This document shows positions 52,571 through 64,000 of a stretch of DNA of 64,000 nt, piece after piece (the stretch's first letter is position 1; each line of letters opens with the position of its first letter). The DNA is from Eledone cirrhosa. Its lineage: Eukaryota. The stretch spans positions 20,336,001 through 20,400,000 of the forward strand of contig OZ024751.1 of NCBI GenBank assembly GCA_964016885.1, written 5' to 3'. Made by a program: the position numbers and the translations under genes. Under the pieces are notes generated by a model that saw nothing but the letters and a program-made list of their open reading frames with translations, ran no database searches and was not told the DNA's origin.

Positions 52571-53410
52571 TACATTATATATATATATAAACTGTCTTAC
52601 ATCTACGTGAAAGTAATAAAACCAACTGAATCGATATGACCGAATGTTTTGCTTATACGGTAAAGAGTGAAAAAAAGCGAAAAATATGGAAGTTTAGTTA
52701 ATTGCAAATATAAAATTCATTTACTAAAGAACGAAAAGGCAAATAGATATTTGTGTGCGTGTGTGTCGGATAGTTCTATAAATTTACAAGAAATCTGTTA
52801 AGAGTAAGGGGCTATATTTTTTTAACTTTTAATGATCTCTTCAAACAGCTGCTTCAGGTGACAACAGATAGTATGTACCGGCGATGAAGCCTTGACTTGG
52901 ACTTAGTAGAAATAACAGTCAAACACTCGTCAAATCACAATCGAAATTGCTGCTTCATTTAATGAATTAATTGATAATGTAGTCCTAGATACACTATGCT
53001 CCTTCGTCACTCACTCAGTTTCTCGTCTTCGAAGGCTTGGTTCCTTTGTCTTCAATGTATCGGCTATTTTATAAACACAAGGGAAAAACTTGAAAAACTC
53101 GGTGTAGCGACTATCGAAGGAAGATATATAATTCTGCTTATTCCATGTACCGAGTGCACACTTTCTTCCGTTTGTACGCACAAACGTAAGTGTGCGTGTA
53201 TTTTAAGGTCCTTTGGAGGTTCCTACACTAGCCAAAATATACTTTCACTGAACTTAAATGGACAACAAAATCCTTAATCGTGAGTGCGTGTATAAATATA
53301 TATATATATATATATAAAGAACGTAAAGCTAGCGGTATAAATAAAATTAATATATGAAACCCGGTTTCCTCCTGTTTAAATGAATCAGAAATTGTATCAA
53401 GATAGAATAA

Positions 53411-53453
<43 letters not shown>

Positions 53454-54979
53454 CGCTCTTAGATAGATATAATTAAGGTAAACTACCTTCTAAAAAAACA
53501 AACTCTAAAAAACCTCAGTTCACTTCTAACGGAATTGTGTCAACTCATTATATTAACAATGGGCTATACATATTATAATAATTAATGCAAAATGACGTTT
53601 GCGTACATATATTACGAATGAATTGGATTTTTTTCTTTTTACTTAAAAAGATAGAAAAGAAACATGTTTTCAATTAAGGAGAGAGAGTGAGTGATAGATA
53701 TTCATGGGTGGGGATACATTTGAATAGATCGCCCTCCCGTACGGAACGACTGGTACCTTATTTTATCGATCACAAAATAACTATAAACTCGATCCCGGCA
53801 GAATTTCGAACATAAAAGAAGATATGTGTCCACCCTTATTTCATCGGCACTCCCAGAATGATAAGCGAAAGTGGGATTGATAGCAGAAGGTAGAAACAAA
53901 AAAAGGGACGTAATTCCCTTTATTTTATCGATCACAAAGCGACAATAAATGGTAAACTCGATCCCGGCAGAATTTCCGAACATAAATAAAAACGTATGGT
54001 TTCCTTCCTTCCACGAAGGTACGTAAAACTAACACTTTATTTTATGTTATCGATCCATACACCCCAGAAAGGCGATGAACCCAAACGACCCCGGGGTGGG
54101 ATAGATAGATAGATTTACATAAGGGGACGTAATAAAACACGGAATCTAAGTATGTAAAGAAGATACATTTTGATCCCCGTATGCTAAATCGATATTTATT
54201 TTATTTTATCGATCCCTAGAATAACAAGAACTCGGTCACGGAAAGAGATTGAAATCAGAAAGTAGAAATTTAAAAAAAAAGTTTTTGCCCAGCTAAAATT
54301 CTGGTTAGTTTTGCCATTTAAAACTACTGTTTGTTGTCCAGGGTTGAAAATATTTTAAGACTTGGAAAATAATAATCCCAAAGAGAACACAACCAACTGA
54401 AAACTACAAATTCTGTCAAGTTTATTATAATTAGTATTATTATTAATCTCTTAATAGTTAGGCCTAATTATGATTTAGAAAGTTAAGGAGCCGATCGGCA
54501 GGTTGTTAAACCATCAGTGTAAGGTTCCCTTCAGGGAATTTTGTGGCATTGATTGTTTTGGAAAGGCATATCAATGTTCCAAATTCTACCAAACCGCCCC
54601 TCTATCCCTATGGAAAATAAAAAGTGTCACCTTTTTGCTTAATCGCAAAAAAAGGTGACACTTATTATTTTCCATTTTGCTATTAAGCAAACTAAGAATC
54701 CTTTTTTTTTAAAGCCTAACTTCAATTTAGTTTGATGCCAAGTGTAAAGTTTTAATATCAAATTCTAAAAAATAAAATAAGGTATGAACCATTAAAATGA
54801 ATAAGAAAAAGAACTACTATTATATATTATATTTATATAAAGTATATATAAAAAGTTAATCAAAAATAATTCATGTTTTAATTTATGAAGAGGGGATGAT
54901 GGAGAGAGAGTGATGGAGAGAGAGAAAGGATATGGGTAAAAGAAGAACGAATGTAAGATTCCACATGAACTTTTCTCAC

Positions 54980-55084
54980 TCTGTGGAAATTTCCTAGCTT
55001 GGCATCAAGCCCTCCCTCTATGCTGCTGCTGCTGCTGTTGTTGGTTGGTGCTTGTGATGGTGATGGTGATGCTTTGGTGCTCAT
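54980..55084 (-). CDS. Sesn: Sestrin, putative alternative first coding exon 1b (MSTKASPSPSQAPTNNSSSSSIEGGLDAKLGNFHR)
   Basis: ATG preceded by an in-frame TAG (55099-55097). 35 codons, phase-0 AGA|GTGAGA donor compatible with the 45005 acceptor. TATA-like and CCAAT boxes about 400 nt upstream. Confidence 0.55.
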
Positions 55085-55481
55085 CACACACACACACTAG
55101 CAGTTAGTTACAAGGAAGGATGTAGCACAATAGAGTGTGGGGAGGGAGATTTGAATATATATATATAAGAGGAGAGAGAGAAAAATAGAGCAACAGAGAA
55201 CGAGATCTAGAGAGAGAGGAGGAAGAAGAAAGGGTAAGATTTTACAATGAGTGTTAAAGAGGAAAAATAAAAGAAGCAGAGAGAGAAAGAGAGAGAGAGA
55301 CGAAGAAAAGAGAAGGAGAGTGTGGAAAGGAAAAAGACAAGAAAATATGAGGAAGGGAAAATATTTTTAAAAAATAGAGAACATAAAACGAAGAAAAAGA
55401 AAAGCAACAAGAAACAAAGGTGTATAAAATCTAGAGTTAAGTGCATGGAGGAGCTAGCTGCACCTGCTGCTTACTTTATCA

Positions 55482-55543
55482 CGTTATATATAACGAGAAA
55501 ACGACCAATGAAAATGCAGCTACTGGTTGTGTCAACCAATCAG
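55482..55543 (-). promoter_or_regulatory. Putative internal promoter P2: palindromic TATA-like CGTTATATATAACG and two CCAAT boxes (55505-55509, 55536-55543 CCAATCAG)
   Basis: Motifs clustered in an island of complex sequence between GA-rich repeats, upstream of exon 1b. Confidence 0.45.
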
Positions 55544-56811
55544 GGTGTTTGGCTATACTTAGAACTGACAACAGCAGTCTCCAAGCTGGAAAATAATAAA
55601 AAGCAGGTACGACAGGGAGAGACTATGACGATCACTGAGAGGAGAGAGAGACTGTAACGACCAGAGAGAGGAGATGGAGAGAGACGATACATCAGTGTGA
55701 AGGAGCGAGGAAAGAGAGAGACTGTAATGACCAGAGGGAGACGATATAAGAACGTGAAGGATTGAGCAGAGAGGGAGACGATATGTGTTAAAGGGAGAGA
55801 TTGCAACGATCACAGAGAGAGACAATATACAGAGTGTGAAGGATTGAGCACAAGAGAGAGAGAGACAATGAGAATTGAAAGAGAGAGGAGGGAGCACAAG
55901 AGAAAGAGAGAGGAAAGAGTGTACCGGCCAGAGAGAGAAAGAATATAAGAATGTGAAGGAGTAAAAAAAGAGAGACTAAAAGAGTGAAACTGAACAGAGA
56001 AAGACAATGAGAATTGAAAGGGAGAGGAAAGAGACCGTACCGGCCAGAAGGAGGAGAAAGAATATAAGAATGTGAAGGAGTGAGAAAGAGAGACTAATAG
56101 CGATGAGAGAGTGTCACACAAAGTATTTCATATTATTCCATCTTTCTTCGACACCACTTCTAATTCCGAGAGAAAAAGGATTTACTGCTCTCTTCATCAA
56201 CTACAATATATTCTCTTTCTTCCTTCACAATGTTAACTCTCTCGTTTTCTCTTATATTATTTGTCGCTCCCCCCTCACATTTTTCTCTCTTTTACATTGT
56301 TTCATCTCGTTTCCTCTCAGAAATTCTTCTCTCTTTCCCTCCCCCTGTTATGTTATTTCTATCGTTCACCCCAAATACATTCTTCTCTCTTATACATTGT
56401 TTCATCTCAAAAATATACTCTCTCTCTCGTTTCCTCTCATAAATTCTTTATTATATATATGATTTGTCATTTCCCCTCAAATTCTTTTCTCCCCGATACA
56501 CATAGATAGATAAATAAATAAATAAATAAATAAATACACATACATATATCTCCCTCCTCTCGCAACATTCTTCATATAAAACCACTCTTTTTCTATTTGC
56601 ACATTTGTCCTATATAAAATGTCTTTATTTTATTTTTCTCATCTTTCACTCTCTCACCCCTAACCTTTCCGTTACAGTGTACGGTTTACATTAGAGCTTA
56701 TGCAACCAAAATATACATGCATGTATATTTCTGTGTGTGTGTGTGTGTTCCATATCCAAACCATAGCACTAAAACCGAAAACTTAGTTATTGATTTTCAT
56801 TTTCCTTGCTT

Positions 56812-56868
<57 letters not shown>

Positions 56869-57754
56869 AAAAAAAAACTATGCAGGAGGAAGAGAAAGAG
56901 CGAAACTAATGAGAAGAAAGAACGACCCGAAATCCTAAGTGGCAAGTGAACAATTGAGGAGTATAGGGGGAGGAGAACCCTCCCTCTTAATAACTCGTAA
57001 AGCAGCAAAGATTATAAACCACCATCACCGTCACAAACACAAACACTGCCATCACCATAGACAGGCGACAGCAGAAATGACAACTAGTTACAGCTGATTT
57101 AGAAGGGGAGGAAAGAAATAGAGTGAGTAGTAGAAGGAGAAATAGGAAAAGCAGAAAATAATGAATAAGAGGGAAAGGTAGAGAGAACGAGAGAGGGGAA
57201 CGGAATAGAGTGAGTAGTAGAAGGAGAAATAGGAAAAGCAGAAAATAATGAATAACAGGGAAAGGTAGAGAGAACGAGAGAGGGGAACGGAAAATACAAG
57301 GAAACGTGAGAAAGAGGTAGGAGGGAGGCATAAAGACATTTACGAAAAGCAGAAAGAAGGGGAGGTGATGAAAAAAGGGAATTACAAGAAAAGCGAAAGA
57401 AGATTCCAGTGGGGATTTTCCAGATCGGAAGGGAGCAGGTAGCTGTAGTATAACAATAAACATGACGAAACGAAACGAAACGGTGATGAACTCTTTACAA
57501 CAACCAAAAACATGCACGTAGCACGTAGCATCTGAGGTTATCTCTTGTTACAAGATTATTGGAGGATACTTACACACCACACATACATACACGCATACAC
57601 ACACACACCATACGTTAGTCCGACGATAAGGAAAGACAAGAAAGAAAAATAAAATACAAAAACAAGAATCTGTACCCGAGATGAACAACGTGACACGCTA
57701 TAAAACGATGATAGATGGAAATGATTAAAAAGATAAAACGGAATATGTAATTAC

Positions 57755-57784
57755 CTCTTCGTTTGTAGTGTCAACTGGTACAAC
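57755..57784 (-). CDS. Sesn: Sestrin, 30-nt micro-exon (VVPVDTTNEE)
   Basis: tttttattgttcacAG acceptor and GAG|GTAATT donor, phase 0/0. The peptide resembles vertebrate SESN3 VVQANTVDER (recalled), which lies immediately before the region encoded by the next exon. Confidence 0.75.
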
Positions 57785-59641
57785 CTGTGAACAATAAAAA
57801 TAAAAAACGAAATGATTAGAATAAAAAATAATTTACATATATATTTGTGCGTGTCATATATGTGTTGATTGTTCTTTTCTTTAGTTTATAACAATATATA
57901 TATATATATAATAAACTAATATAAACTTAGAATTATTTTTTTTAAGTGGAAAGCTCCCATTTTCATTATCATCTTTAAAAAGAATATAACAGAATTCGGT
58001 TTTCTTTGAAATACATTTTAAAATCTAAGAAACAAATTGGGAAATTTTAGAAATTTCAAATTGGTGAGACACACACACACTAAATAAGACACTTAAAAAA
58101 AATGATTTCTCTCTTCTTTAATAATAATTAATTAATTAAAAGATAGATGGATGTTTGAGCCATACTATATTAATCTAACCAAGAGAAAAAAGTACGATCC
58201 GATTTTTTTTAAATGCAGGCTAGTTGCACTTTTTCCGAGTTTTACTTAAGAATTTCTGGTTTTTCTCTGGAGAGGAAACAAATACATTTATACTCGGTGG
58301 ACAGTGGCTAATCTAAAATTGTGATGTAGCAAATACAAATACATTATGATTTTATATATACCAGATTCCACAAATCGCTTCATTTTGAAAATATATATCC
58401 ATTTTCCTCTCTTATAACAACTAACTGAAATCAGTAAAATGTCACCGGGTGATCGACTATTAAATTAAATGAAGGGATTATTTATAAATAAACGGAACAT
58501 TGCTTATAAGCCACTGAAAAAGTTTAATGAAATTTAAGAGTTGCTTTTTCATGATAGGACTAGAGCCCCGTCATGAAACTGCCATGAAACATTTACAGTG
58601 TAACCCCATAAAAAGGCCTGTTAGGTGTGAGTCGAAGGATTTTTATTATTTAAAAAATATATATTTCAAATGACAGGATTGACTCAACTTCACTATTCTA
58701 TTTCATCCAACTAGTGACTCTATATAATATAATATAAAAGTATCCGTGGATATTCTAGTATTCTAAGAATTGATCGATTTTATTCTCTTGATAAGAAACG
58801 ATCGGCGTAGTGGTTGATTTAATACAGAAAGATATATCGGTCACGAACGAGCTGCCAAAGCCGGTTGAATTAAAAAAATAAGAAAAAGAAATAAAATTAA
58901 CGCTTTAGATAAATTAAGATGTACAACAATTAATTTAATAGTTAATGTCAGTGATTAGGATAATTAAACTAGATCTTAAAGTCTTTTTAGTGAACACACA
59001 CACACACACACAGAGAGGTAAAGAGAACTTCGTCCAAACATTTAGCGATGATGTATATGGTCACTACTTGATCTGCATAAAATAGCAGCCAACCAACCAA
59101 CCATCCTCAAATCATAGCCTCCGACTAAATCAAAGTCAGGAGGACACTATGAGAAAGAAAAAGACGAGTTAACCACGGTTGGAACGCTTTTCATCATAGA
59201 TACTAACCACAACCAAGACCCGACTTGGGGCTAAACAACGAGTAGCACTAAATATTGTGAGGGTTTATACGAGCAATCGAAGTTCATTTTTTCAAGTCAT
59301 CGATCCAGTTATCAATCAATGATACCGGTTTCGATGAAATAATGATTTTTTTCTTAACATTATGGAACACTTATGTATGTCGATGGCAAACAGCATTATT
59401 TCTTAGGGGACGTAGGTACGTAACTTTAGTGTACCAACTATAACGAATGACCAATATTCCGAAAGCATACTTTAGAAACCGACTTTGTATTTACAACGAT
59501 GAATAAATGAGTGTATATGCGCTAGTGTATATATAGTGTTATATATATATATTACCAGTTTTAAATTACTGAGACCATTATTCAGCTGAGTACTCAACAC
59601 TTGGATAGTAGAGTGTAAAATATATTCGAGTCGGGACCCGG

Positions 59642-59702
<61 letters not shown>

Positions 59703-60247
59703 ATGAGTGTGTGTTTGTGTACGTGTGTGAGTGTGATTAAAGAGCCTGAAATAAGAATATGTCAAATAAATAAATAAAAAATAGGTGTGATGATTAATTG
59801 AAAAGATAACACGGTGTATGTATATATTGTGTGTGTGTGCCACATGAAGATATGATGATAATAGCATTAATCAAAGAAAGAATACGTCATCACATCTAGT
59901 TTCACAAACAGAAATGACCAAAAGAATACTTTCTAGGTAACGAAGAACAAAAAAAAAAAATAATAATAATCTAAAAGAACAAACACGAAAAACAAAAGCA
60001 GCAAAGAGTGATGGAGGGAATTACAAGTAATTAAGTTAAAAGTGACTGTTTTAAAGTTAAATTGTTTGTACCCCTAGCCTAGATTCAATAAATCACTTTC
60101 TTTGCCATGATTTTGACCAGCTGATAATCGGATTGAAACTGTTTTCGAGGAAATTTAATTGAGCGAATAAGTAACCGGTTATATATAATATATATTTGTG
60201 TGTGTGGTGTATCATCGTTTTCTTATAAGAAAGAATATACACACACA

Positions 60248-60289
<42 letters not shown>

Positions 60290-60448
60290 TATAAACCGGC
60301 TATATATATATATAGCCGGTTTATACTTTATATTAAATACTATAGTACATCGAGTGAAACGAAAGGTACATTATTAGTAGTAGTAATAGTACTAGTATTA
60401 GTATTAGTAGTGTTATTGTTATTTAGTGTTACTAAATAGTTCAACCAC

Positions 60449-60457
60449 ATTGCATCA
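60449..60457. promoter_or_regulatory. C/EBP-ATF (AARE) element ATTGCATCA in sestrin intron 1
   Basis: Exact match to the CHOP-type amino-acid response element. Sestrins are known ATF4 targets. Confidence 0.3.
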
Positions 60458-61897
60458 GAAAAACTTGAGGCGATCGGTAAAGTAACAAACAACTAAAGTT
60501 GTGATCAGGCGACAAAAGGCTTTGCCCACTTTTTTTTATAAAACATTAAGGTAGAACTGGGAACTTTATATGTATGGAAAACACCCCCAATTTTTTTTTT
60601 TTAATCTATAAACCCCTTCTTTAAAAAAAAAAAACTTCTATATCGTAGCATTTAAAAAAAACTATGATGGTTTTAAGAAATTTATAATAATGTGCAAAGA
60701 TTAAATTTTCATACTCAGGTACTAAGGTTTGCTATGTAAGGATTAGAAATAAAATCTTTCTTTTTTAAATAATAATAATAAAAAAAATACTTAATTGCAT
60801 TAACTTAAATCGGATTTAAGATATCACGCATACAAAGAGCTCGATCGAGTTGAATTAATACAAAAGTATGCATATTTTACAATTGTTTTTCTATTTTTAA
60901 ATACCCTAGAGATAGATATATAAATATATGGACAAAGAAATTTAAATAAAATGCTGGCAAACACAGTATTTTAATTCTAAACAACAGAGGACACCCATAG
61001 AAACACTAGATTAAAATTCGGTCAAATATGTTAATAGATTCGGCATAGAAAGAAAGGAGAAAAAACCTGGCTAAGAGTTTAAAATCAATCAAACATCGAA
61101 CTGGAAAAAGATAAGCTGCACGTAGAATAATTGATATTTTAAAAAGCCTATACAGGCTAAATAAACTAGATAGATAAATAATTATATTAGTACCGAAATG
61201 ATTGAATTTGCAATAAAAATAGACATCGCTATCAACATACTTCGATTGTATAAAATTTCATCACCATCGAAAATAGCCGATCGTCATAACCTACAAAAGT
61301 TCACCGGTCATACAAGAACGTTTAAATTATTAAAATTTAGTCCATCTAATTGGAATATATTAATTCTTAAGTAGGAATGCGTGTCTTTGTTCGTTTAGTT
61401 TCGGGGTTTTTTCTCTCTCTTCTTTTTTCCATTGTAGTGAAAGAAAGAAAAAATATCAAACGAACAAATATATATATATATATATAAGGGCGGTGCCCCA
61501 GCATGGCCTCAGCCGGATGGCTGACACAGGTAAAAGAGTATGCTAAATATACAAAGTGTAAATATCTTAAACAAATTCTCTAAGTGTAAAATTAATTAGA
61601 GAATTTGTTTTTTAAGATATTTTTGAATGCAAACAAAACCGGAGCCGGTCCCGGTATATATATATATATATAACAATATAATATGATTACTTATTTGTCA
61701 CGTACGTAGTCGCAACGAATGAAATAATATATGATGCATCAGGGTACATGAAGGACGTAAAGAAAATTATAAATATATATTTTTTTAAGGGAAATTAAAC
61801 AGGTTTAGTCCTTAATGGGGGGGGGGGGGTGTTCATTATATTATTGCAGGAAATATTATATTTTTTTAAATACATAAGGTAAGCAAGGTACCCTTAC

Positions 61898-61954
61898 TTT
61901 CTGTTCGTTGTGATTTCGATCGGTGACAACTGCCTTCAGAACTCCCATAGTCAT
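61898..61954 (-). CDS. Sesn: Sestrin, coding exon 1a (MTMGVLKAVVTDRNHNEQK)
   Basis: ATG in gcaaaaATG context 86 nt downstream of a TATA/Inr promoter. 19 codons ending at a phase-0 AAA|GTAAGG donor, compatible with the downstream phase-0 exons. No homology support for this N-terminal peptide itself. Confidence 0.7.
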
Positions 61955-62036
61955 TTTTGCAGGGTGTATGTAGTAGGAGTAATAAGTGGTATAATGTGGA
62001 GTGTGCAGATATCATGAGATGACGAACGACTAAGCG

Positions 62037-62074
62037 AACTGAGCCGCAATGTGCGAGAACAGTGGCTTTATATA
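62037..62074 (-). promoter_or_regulatory. Sestrin core promoter P1: TATATAAA box (62074-62067) and TCAGTT initiator (62042-62037), TSS about 62040
   Basis: Exact TATA and protostome-type Inr consensus at about -32 spacing, upstream of exon 1a. Confidence 0.75.
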
Positions 62075-62794
62075 GAGGACAGAGGCAGGAAGTGAGTAGA
62101 AGAAGAAGTATCAAGCCAGCTGGCTACAAACTAGGTCAGCAACTCTGCTTGCCTTCCTTGTAGCGCCACCAGTGTTAACAGTACAAACGACAGTGAGAGA
62201 GATAGAAAGTGAAACAAGAGGTGAAGTAGGATAAAAAGGGGGAAGTAACTCTACAGCATTATGTTAATGAGAGAGAAGAAGAAGAATGGATATATATGAA
62301 AAAGTAGAGGAGTGAGAGGGAGAGGAATAGGTAGGAAATAGAATGAAGGGGAGGAGAGAGAACAAGAGGGAGGGAAAGTTAAAAAGGGGAGGAGCGTGTA
62401 AAGAGTTACTAAGACAGCGAGAGAGGGGTAAAAATGCAATGCTTAGGAGAAAGAAAGTAAGTCAATGAGAGAGGGAAAGATAAAAATGAGGTTAATTTAA
62501 TAAGAGAGAGAACAAATCCGAACAAGAGAGGGGAGAGAAATAGATTTTGAAGGGTGGGGAGAACGAAGAAGAGAGATGGTAAGGGTTAAATAAGCGAGGA
62601 AAAGTGTCAGCTAGATAGGAGAAGAAAGAGTTAATGAGATAGGGAGAGAGCATTGTTGCTGTGCAAGTTTACTTGGTAATTTTCTAAGTTAATCGGTTTG
62701 TGCTATGGTGGTTCGTTCGCCTGGTTGATTGGTGATAGAAGGTAGCCACTAGCTGAGCAGAACTGCTCACACACCTATATGTGCATAACTGAAA

Positions 62795-62802
62795 TGACGT
62801 CA
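62795..62802. promoter_or_regulatory. Full CRE palindrome TGACGTCA about 760 nt upstream of P1
   Basis: Exact match. Function unproven. Confidence 0.3.
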
Positions 62803-63306
62803 GGATGAGCACATTTCTTTAGCAAAGTTTGATAATTATTAACAATGTTAGTCGTCACCTGTATATATAAATTTAAATATAAATATAAATATATATATAT
62901 AAATAAATATATATATATATATACACATATAAATATAAATATATACACATATGTATAAATATATATATATATATATATACACATATAAATATAAATAAAT
63001 ATATACACATATAAATATAAATATATACACATATGTATAAATATATATATATATATGCACATATATACAAATAAATATATATACACATATATATAAATAA
63101 ATATATATGCACATATATATAAATAAATATATATACACATATATATAAATAAATATATATATATAATAAAAATACATATATAAATATAGGTATATATATG
63201 TATACATATATATATGTGTGTTTGTGTGAATCTATATCTATAAATTTATAGAAATATATGTGGGTATGTGTGTATATAAATATATATGTGTGTGTATGCA
63301 TATGTG

Positions 63307-63364
<58 letters not shown>

Positions 63365-63659
63365 CTCTCTCTAACACACACTAGCTCTAACCACTGTTGG
63401 CAACAGCAATAAGAACACGGTCACACACATATACACACACACACACACATACATACATACACATATATATATATATACAACGCCACTTGCATCTGCTGTT
63501 ATCGGTGCAATTTACCAATAAGTGTATATGCACACACGCATACATACCGTGCGCAAGCAGGCATATATGTGTGTGTGTGTGTGCACGCACGACACTGCAA
63601 ACCGTCACATATGCACATTTACAAAACATACACACACGCATGTACGCACACACGGACGC

Positions 63660-63695
<36 letters not shown>

Positions 63696-64000
63696 TCTGG
63701 AAATTTATAGACCAGTTTCCAACCAGATCCGACCATTCCACAGTGAAAGGGTAGAAGAGGTAGGCAGTAAGTTAGGTTAGATGAGGTGGGGTGTGAGGTA
63801 AGGTTGGTTGGTTGTTAGCAGAAGATATTGGGTTAACTGAGTGTGGAAACACAAAACTACCGTTAGGAAAGAGAAAAAAATTGTACGGAACGGAACGGAA
63901 CATAACGAAACGTAACGAAACGAAACAACCTTATTCTTGGAAAAGAAGAAGGGGGGAAAAGGAGGATGAGGAGGAGTAAGAGAGAAGGAATGAGAATAGT

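Noticed and set aside
62110-62165. p53 response element near the sestrin promoter
   Set aside because: Only isolated half-sites with mismatches (for example AAACTAGGTC), and no properly spaced pair.

Overview
AT-rich, microsatellite-saturated animal genomic DNA, most likely an octopus (inferred from the SINE families and the TA/CA microsatellite density). The right two-thirds holds one complete minus-strand sestrin gene. I assembled it by hand from GT-AG exons with matching phases: 61954-61898, a 30-nt micro-exon at 57784-57755, 45005-44835, 43461-43279, 38676-38443, 37429-37297, 36478-36241, 35604-35379 and 34829-34743, giving about 452 aa. It has a TATA+Inr promoter at about 62040, a probable alternative first exon and promoter at about 55.0-55.5 kb, and a probable 3' UTR of about 11 kb ending near 23.7 kb. 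The left 17 kb has no host gene. It is a patchwork of short retroelement ends lodged in (TA)n/(CA)n tracts, many arranged as inverted repeats. About eight unrelated sequence families among them fold into type I hammerhead ribozymes, several with intact catalytic cores and palindromic stem III. One of these is a non-coding head-to-tail unit of about 429 nt carrying an octamer motif, which resembles a retrozyme. The window also has mariner, hAT, piggyBac-like (TTAA) MITE, Helitron, SINE and LINE remnants, plus several minisatellites. Nearly all entries in the ORF track are microsatellite artefacts. All folds and alignments were done by eye.
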